A stretch of 64,000 nucleotides of DNA from a virus (Duplodnaviria > Caudoviricetes): IMG/VR virus record IMGVR_UViG_3300021255_001866, positions 25,314 through 89,313 of that record, one strand, 5' to 3'. Positions 58,501 to 64,000 of the stretch are shown here, piece by piece. The translations under genes were made by a program, and so were the position numbers. Numbering within the stretch: the stretch's first letter is position 1; every line of letters starts with the position of its first letter. The notes beneath the pieces are model-generated. The model saw nothing but the letters and a program-made list of their open reading frames with translations. It ran no database searches and was not told the origin of the DNA.

Positions 58501-58955
58501 ATGATTATAAAAAAGTTCAACCGAAGGACGCACCACAAATTCTCTATTCTTTGAAAGCCAATGGCCCCTTAAATTCAAAAATTCATGGTAATGCCTACTC
58601 TCGTATTAACGGCGGCATGGTACGATTCTTAATTAGTGAACAAGAAGCTCGTGCAGATCTTCTTGCAACTAAAGCTGGATAGAAGATGAAAACAGAAGAT
58701 CGTATTAAACGACTAATGCCGCATGAACTTACAACAAAGTTATTTGAAGAAATGTCTAACTTACGGTTAAAGAAAAGTGGACTTGATATAGTACTTGAAT
58801 AGATGAATCCTAGGTTTCCGAAAGATAAATATTCGGCATTTGCCTATGGCTTATGGCGAATTAAGGAAATAGAAGAAGAAAACTATAAAAAAGTAGTACG
58901 TCGGGGAAATGGAAAAACACGTTAGTTAATTTTCTTTACTGGAGGACAGAATTAA
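55565..58955 (+). CDS. terL: Terminase large subunit, join(55565-56314, 57126-57638, 58419-58955), 599 aa, 12 in-frame TAG
   Basis: Walker A AARATSKT, Walker B LIDEA, YATSAG, RNase H-like SVDVGR, VIDCNGLG|VGLAD, KDKYSA; splicing restores the frame at both junctions. Confidence 0.92.
56315..57125 (+). mobile_element. Group I intron 1 in terL
   Basis: 5' exon ends in U and the intron ends in G; R-like GTTCAGAGACTA and S-like AAGAAATAGTCC; encloses an HNH ORF. Confidence 0.88.
56595..57104 (+). CDS. NUMOD4-HNH-NUMOD1 homing endonuclease, 5 in-frame TAG
   Basis: WKDI...YEVSNYG(Q)IR...HRLVA..W...VNHKDGDKSNN...NLEW. Confidence 0.88.
57639..58418 (+). mobile_element. Group I intron 2 in terL
   Basis: U|...G| splice junctions; P AATTGCTGGAAA, Q AATCAGCAG, R GTTCAACGACTA, S AAGATATAGTCT. 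Confidence 0.92.
57751..58272 (+). CDS. HNH homing endonuclease, 1 in-frame TAG
   Basis: DDG(Q)VWS...VHRL...VNHIDGDKTNN.L.NLEW; GGAGGT RBS. Confidence 0.88.
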
Positions 58956-58956
58956 A

Positions 58957-60450
58957 ATGGGAGAGACAAATAAACTTAATGATTTGACTACTTTCAAAAA
59001 GGCTTTTAGCGATATGATTGCTAAAAGCAAAGACTCTTGGAATAGTTCTTTCGGTTATTCATTGGCGGGCCGCCGTCTACGTGAATATACAAAAGAAGAA
59101 GTTGAACAAATCATTAATTCTACTGACGCGCGGCGTCAAATAGAACTTTCTCGTAATTTCTTCTTTAAAGATGGTTTTTATAAGCGCATTTTATTTTATT
59201 ATGGTACTCTTTTAAAATATATAGGTATATTGATCCCTAATCCAAGTGCGGGCAATGAACTCTCCACCCCCTATATAAAGAAAAGATATAATAACGCGCT
59301 GGACTATCTCGATATGATGAATTTACCAGAGTTATTAACTCGTTTTTCAATGCGTGCTCTCATAGATGGTTGTTATTACGGTGTGCTCCAGAATGTAAGC
59401 AAAAGTGATTTTGTTATTTTAGATTTACCAACAGAATATTGCCGTTCAAATTTCCGTGATTTTCATGGAAATGATATAATTGAATTTAATGTTCTTTATT
59501 TTAATACTATAGTAGATGAAGATATTAGAAAACAAGCATTAAAAGTATATCCCAAAGTTGTGGCAGATCATTATCGTAGATATAAGAAAAGTCAAGTAAA
59601 ATCACCTTGGGTTAGAATTCCTTCTGATTTAGGTTTTTGTTTTTCTTTATCTGATGATAATAGGCCTATCTTTTTAGATTTAATTCCGGCCGCGATGGAT
59701 TACGATGAAGCAGTTGATATTAATCGTGAACGCGACTTGGAAGAGATTCGTAAAATAATTGTTCAAAAGATTCCACATTTACAAGATGGTATGCTTTTAT
59801 TTGAGCCAGATGAAGCTCAAGTGATGCACGAAGGTGCAGTTGGAATGATGAAAGGAAACAAAAATATAAGCGTATTAACGACTTATGCAGATGTTGACTC
59901 AGTTGTCTCCAATACTGCTTCTGAAGCATCTACCAATTCACTTGAAAAGAGTTTATAGAATATGTATGCAAATGTTGGCGTTAGCGGATAGCTGTTCGCG
60001 CCAACTGGTAGTCAAGCACTCTTAATTTCTATCCGCAACGATATTGCATTAATGATGATATTAGGGAATAAATATTCTCGTTTTCTCACATTTATTCTAA
60101 ATTCTTTATTTGCTAATTCTAATATTACATTTAGGTATCGAGTTCTTGCCGTTTCTTATTATGATACAAGTGAGTTTATTACCGATTCCTTTAAACTTGC
60201 ACAAAGTGGATATAGTTATCTACTTCCGGCACTTGGAGTTGGAATAACGCAGAGAGATCTCTTGAATCTGAAAGATTTGGAGAATGAAGGGCTTAAACTT
60301 ATGGATAAATTAATTCCACTCTCATCTGCTTATACGTAGGCTGCGGGCACTGGTAAGGTTGGTCGTCCAGAGTTGCCAGCAGATCAGAAGTCTTAGAAGA
60401 CGATTTAGAATGAACAAGCATTAGATAATGATGGAGGCTCAAATGGATAA
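58957..60450 (+). CDS. Portal protein (497 aa, 5 in-frame TAG)
   Basis: Follows terL; read-through gives a C-terminal PLSSAYT(Q)...GRPELP..QKS(Q)KTI(Q)N tail. Confidence 0.82.
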
Positions 60451-61804
60451 AACATTATGCGAGTTTTCTGTAGAAATTTATGGAGAACTGAATCAGTATA
60501 ATGAAGTTTTGAGCAAGGCAAGATGTAGAATCTTTTATAAATATGAAAATCGTAATGGCACTTATATTACTGATGAGTTTGCAGACAAGCTTTTGAGTTC
60601 TCTTTCATATGTTCCAGTAAAGGGAATCTACCAAGGCGAAGATTATACTGATCATGGTCAATAGCGTGATCAAGGGCGTATTTATGGTATAGTTCCAGAA
60701 AACCCCAATGTCTCTTGGGAAGACTTCTTAGATGACGATGGAATTACAAGAACTTATGCTTGTACTGATGTTTTGATTTTTACTGCGCTTTATAAAGAAG
60801 CTAATAAAATCATTGGAAAAAGTCAATCTATGGAACTTTATGCTCCATCTTTAAAGTATCATGAGGCCATTATTCATAATAAGCGCTATGTCGTGTTTGA
60901 TGATGGTTGTTTCTTAGGATTATAGGTCTTAGGAGATAATGTAGAACCTTGCTTTGAAGGGGCTTCATTCTATACTTTACAGAGCACAATAGAATATGCT
61001 ATTAATTAGATAAAACAATACGGAGGTACTAAAATGCCTAAGATTAATTTTAAACTGTCTGATGATCAAAAGTTCAGTGCAATTTGGGCTTTATTGAATC
61101 CAGAGTTTAACGAAGAAGGCAATTGGACCGTGCAATACGGTATTTCCGCCGTTTACGATGATTACGCGCTGGCCGTCAATTATGAAACCGGCGATATGAA
61201 TCGTGTTTATTATAAAAAGGACGATAGCAATGATATGGTCGAACTTGGCGAAATTGTTAAGTGCTATATTGTTGATGTGAATGAGCAAGAGAAGAATACT
61301 CTTGATACTCTGCGCGCCCTTAACGGTGAGACTTATGAGTTGGTTAGTGATGTGCTGACTAATGCTCAGGAGAATTTTGAAAAAGTTTCTGAATTTTCCA
61401 CCAAAATTGAAGAGTTAAATAATACTGTGTCTACATTAGAGACAGAGAAAAGTGATGCTAACGCAAAGATCGAAGAGTATACTACTCAACTCGATACGGC
61501 TAATGGCACGATTAATTCTTTAAATGAAGAGTTAAATTCTTTAAAGGAATATAAGCTTGGTATTGAAACTAAGCAGAAGGAAGCTGTTATTAATGAGTAC
61601 ACTGAGCATCTGCCTGAAGAGGTTCTGGAAACTTATCGTAAGAAGATCTCTGAATATGATGCCGAAGAGCTTGATATGCGGCTTGCTTATGAGCTGAAAA
61701 AGAATAACTCGTCTATCTTCACTAAAAATAGTGATGAGGGCTTCGTCCCCAAAGACACCCAGACTGATGGGTTAACCGCTATTTTATCAAAATATAAAAA
61801 GTAA
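60443..61804 (+). CDS. Prohead protease-scaffold fusion (3 in-frame TAG); internal start at 61034 for the scaffold
   Basis: NRNG..I...F, SQSMEL, FLGL(Q)VLGD.VEPCFEGA, in frame with the acidic coiled-coil ORF 61034-61804, which has its own GGAGGT RBS. Confidence 0.78.
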
Positions 61805-61820
61805 TTAGGAGGCTATTTAA

Positions 61821-62381
61821 ATGGCTAGAATGGTTATTGATGGTTTCGGTCAAGTCGAACTTAACAATGTCGCATTCCGTCGTGATGGCCGCATTGAGGC
61901 CCAGTGCGCTCTTGATACTGCTGCTTTTACCAGTCAGGTTCCTGCCGAGAATGGTATGATTCTTCGTGTTAAGAAAGCAGAGCACAAGATCACTTTCGCG
62001 GATGCTTCTGCCGAAAACCAACTTTACGCTTTAAATTATACTTCTGAGCATATGTACGACGAGCGCAAGCCCGGTCTGAAGAATTTCAGCCTGTCTGCTC
62101 AGAAAAATGAGATTGGTCAGGACTTTTATCCTCGTGTTGGATACCTTGCTGCTGGCGACCTTTGGACTACTAACTGCATTGATCTTGGTACTTATGCCAA
62201 TGTTTCTGCTGTTCAGTCTGCACTTGCTTCTGGTACTGTTGTGTACGCCGCTGTTGGTACTCAAGGCGCTGCGGTTCTTGGTTCTACCGCTCCTTCGGTT
62301 GGTCCTGTGATCCAAGTTATTAAAAAGACTACAATGCCTGATGGTCAGGATGCATTCCAGCTTCAGGTTCTGAAGGTTTAA
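61821..62381 (+). CDS. Capsid-associated structural protein (decoration-like)
   Basis: Between scaffold and major capsid gene; ENGMIL motif; highly biased codons; no TAG. Confidence 0.6.
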   Translation: MARMVIDGFGQVELNNVAFRRDGRIEAQCALDTAAFTSQVPAENGMILRVKKAEHKITFADASAENQLYALNYTSEHMYDERKPGLKNFSLSAQKNEIGQDFYPRVGYLAAGDLWTTNCIDLGTYANVSAVQSALASGTVVYAAVGTQGAAVLGSTAPSVGPVIQVIKKTTMPDGQDAFQLQVLKV

Positions 62382-62400
62382 TTTAGGAGGGTAAATTATT

Positions 62401-63450
62401 ATGACGCTTAATGAATTAAGAGAACTTGCCCTTCACGCCGTTAAGGGTACTGCTCCTGATACCTTCAGTGTTGAGAACGTCAATGACGCTTTTGCTGATG
62501 GTTTAAAGGAGTTTGCTGGTTCTTATAACCAGTTCATGAAGAATCGTTATGATCTCTATGATATTATCATTGAGTCTATTGATGAAATTCTTCCTCGTGA
62601 TGTTATGGCTGCAATTGGCCAGTTTGCTGAAGTGCAGACTGTTGCTCAAGGCCAGAAAGCTATGTTTAAGAAAAAGCTCGGCCGCGCCCGTGCCAAAAAA
62701 TTCCTCACTCAGGTTGGTCTGAGTGGTGTTTATGAGACATTCCGTCTCGATAGTGAGACTTTCGAGCTTGGTGCTCATGCCGTTGGTGGCGGCGCCACAA
62801 TCGACTTCGAGCGTATGCTTGATGGTGCTGAGTCTCTCGCTGAAGTTGTTGGTATTGTGACCGAAGGTCTTACCAATGCTGTGTATGTTGAAGTCGAACG
62901 TGCTCTGGTTGCGGCTTATGATAATATGCCTGCTACCAATAAGTACAAGGGTGCTTGGAGCGCTGATGAAATGGTCAAGCTTATGAATATTGTTCGTGCT
63001 TATGGCCAGCCAGTTATCTTTGCTTGCCCTGAGTTCATTGCTAAGATGGGCGCTGACGCTATCGTTCCAGTTCTGGCTAATGACACTACAAAAGTGGCCC
63101 AAGGAATTTATAGTCCTAAAGATATTGATGCTATCCATGATCAAGGATTTATTAATGTGTTCCGTGGTGCTACTGTGGTTCAGATTCCTCAGTCTTTTGT
63201 TGATGAAACTAACAAAGAGACTTATGTTGACCCCAGCCGTGCTTATGTGTTCCCAGCCGGCGCTGAGAAAGTTGTAAAGGTTGTTCTTGAAGGCTCTACT
63301 CAGATCCGTGATCATGAGAACAAGGATAACTCTATGGAAGTCTATGCATGGAAGAAGATGGGTTGCGCCATTCTGCATCACAACAATTGGTGCATCTATT
63401 GGAACTCTAGCATTGCCGATACTTCGTCTAAGGACATCTACGGTTATTAA
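62401..63450 (+). CDS. Major capsid protein
   Basis: Position after protease, scaffold and decoration genes; 349 aa; highly biased codons; followed by a terminator. Confidence 0.82.
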   Translation: MTLNELRELALHAVKGTAPDTFSVENVNDAFADGLKEFAGSYNQFMKNRYDLYDIIIESIDEILPRDVMAAIGQFAEVQTVAQGQKAMFKKKLGRARAKKFLTQVGLSGVYETFRLDSETFELGAHAVGGGATIDFERMLDGAESLAEVVGIVTEGLTNAVYVEVERALVAAYDNMPATNKYKGAWSADEMVKLMNIVRAYGQPVIFACPEFIAKMGADAIVPVLANDTTKVAQGIYSPKDIDAIHDQGFINVFRGATVVQIPQSFVDETNKETYVDPSRAYVFPAGAEKVVKVVLEGSTQIRDHENKDNSMEVYAWKKMGCAILHHNNWCIYWNSSIADTSSKDIYGY

Positions 63451-63463
63451 TATATAAACCTTA

Positions 63464-63497
63464 TTAAAGGGAAGGGATAATTCCCTTCCCCTTATTT
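63464..63497 (+). terminator. Rho-independent terminator after the major capsid gene
   Basis: AAGGGAAGGGA-TAAT-TCCCTTCCCCTT followed by ATTTT. Confidence 0.75.
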
Positions 63498-63528
63498 TAA
63501 ATTTTAGGAGTAAAAAGGAGAAAAGATT

Positions 63529-64000
63529 ATGTCAGATAAAGTAAAAATTATTAGTGCCTTTGATGGCCGTTGTGGCATTGACAATAGTGATTTACACATT
63601 TCACGTCGTTGGCCTGCACGTGGTTCTCATGTCATGCTAGATCGTAATGTGGTTGAAGAACTTATGTATGATGATGCTTTTAAAAATATGGTTGAAGACG
63701 GTACTTTATATATCGAAGATTTTGAATTAAAGAAGGAATTGGGTATCGAGCCAGAAGATGCAAAAACCCCGACAATTATTTATCTTGGAGATAAAGAACT
63801 TGAGCGTTACTGGAAGGTCATGCCGCTTTCGCAGTTTAAAGTTGAAGTTAAAAACTTAAAGAAAGCACAATTAGATTCATTAGTTGATTATGCTATGAAG
63901 CATGGCGATGATGGTAGTATTCCTAAGGCTAATTTCTTAACTGAGATTAGTGGACGTAATGTTTTAAAGGGGATTGAATTAAGAAAAAGCGTGGAGGGAT
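63529..64000 (+). CDS. Hypothetical head-region protein, truncated by the window end
   Basis: ATG after AGGAG; the frame stays open to 64000. Confidence 0.65.
   Translation, partial: MSDKVKIISAFDGRCGIDNSDLHISRRWPARGSHVMLDRNVVEELMYDDAFKNMVEDGTLYIEDFELKKELGIEPEDAKTPTIIYLGDKELERYWKVMPLSQFKVEVKNLKKAQLDSLVDYAMKHGDDGSIPKANFLTEISGRNVLKGIELRKSVEG

Overview
This window is part of a large AT-rich tailed phage genome, most likely infecting a Bacillota (Clostridia-like) host and SPbeta-like in its head genes. It uses an alternative genetic code in which TAG is read as Gln (code 15). Many genes that look fragmented in the ORF track become long ORFs when TAG is read through, with TAG at conserved Gln positions, and an amber-suppressor tRNA (anticodon CTA) is encoded at 40084-40159. 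Layout: 0.3-1.3 kb helicase; 1.3-3 kb lysis; 3.1-12.3 kb two receptor-binding-type tail genes in opposite orientation, a four-gene cassette and a BppU-type baseplate gene; 12.5-15.7 kb ClpP, PhoH and a TAG-rich unknown gene; 15.9-41.9 kb middle genes with a large RNA-repair set (RNA ligase, kinase, three phosphoesterases, RlaP-like transferase, HAD, cyclic-phosphate receiver, Ro60/TROVE-like DUF2828 protein), about 16 tRNAs and many structured non-coding RNAs; 42-42.8 kb iteron-like repeats; 42.8-52.4 kb leftward early genes, most behind a promoter carrying the same 21-bp palindrome; 53-64 kb DNA packaging and head genes, with two group I introns in the terminase. The most unusual signals are: (1) six copies of a conserved RNA 'handle' enclosing permuted or partial tRNA modules, Y-RNA-like and next to a Ro60-like gene; (2) three tRNAs split in the anticodon loop by non-group-I introns whose ends mimic a tRNA acceptor stem; (3) a T4 gene 60-like translational bypass element splitting a HAD catalytic motif; (4) an unannotated ArfA-like peptide; (5) shared recombination-like sites flanking the tail-gene variable modules. 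All family assignments were made by eye from motifs; no database searches were run.
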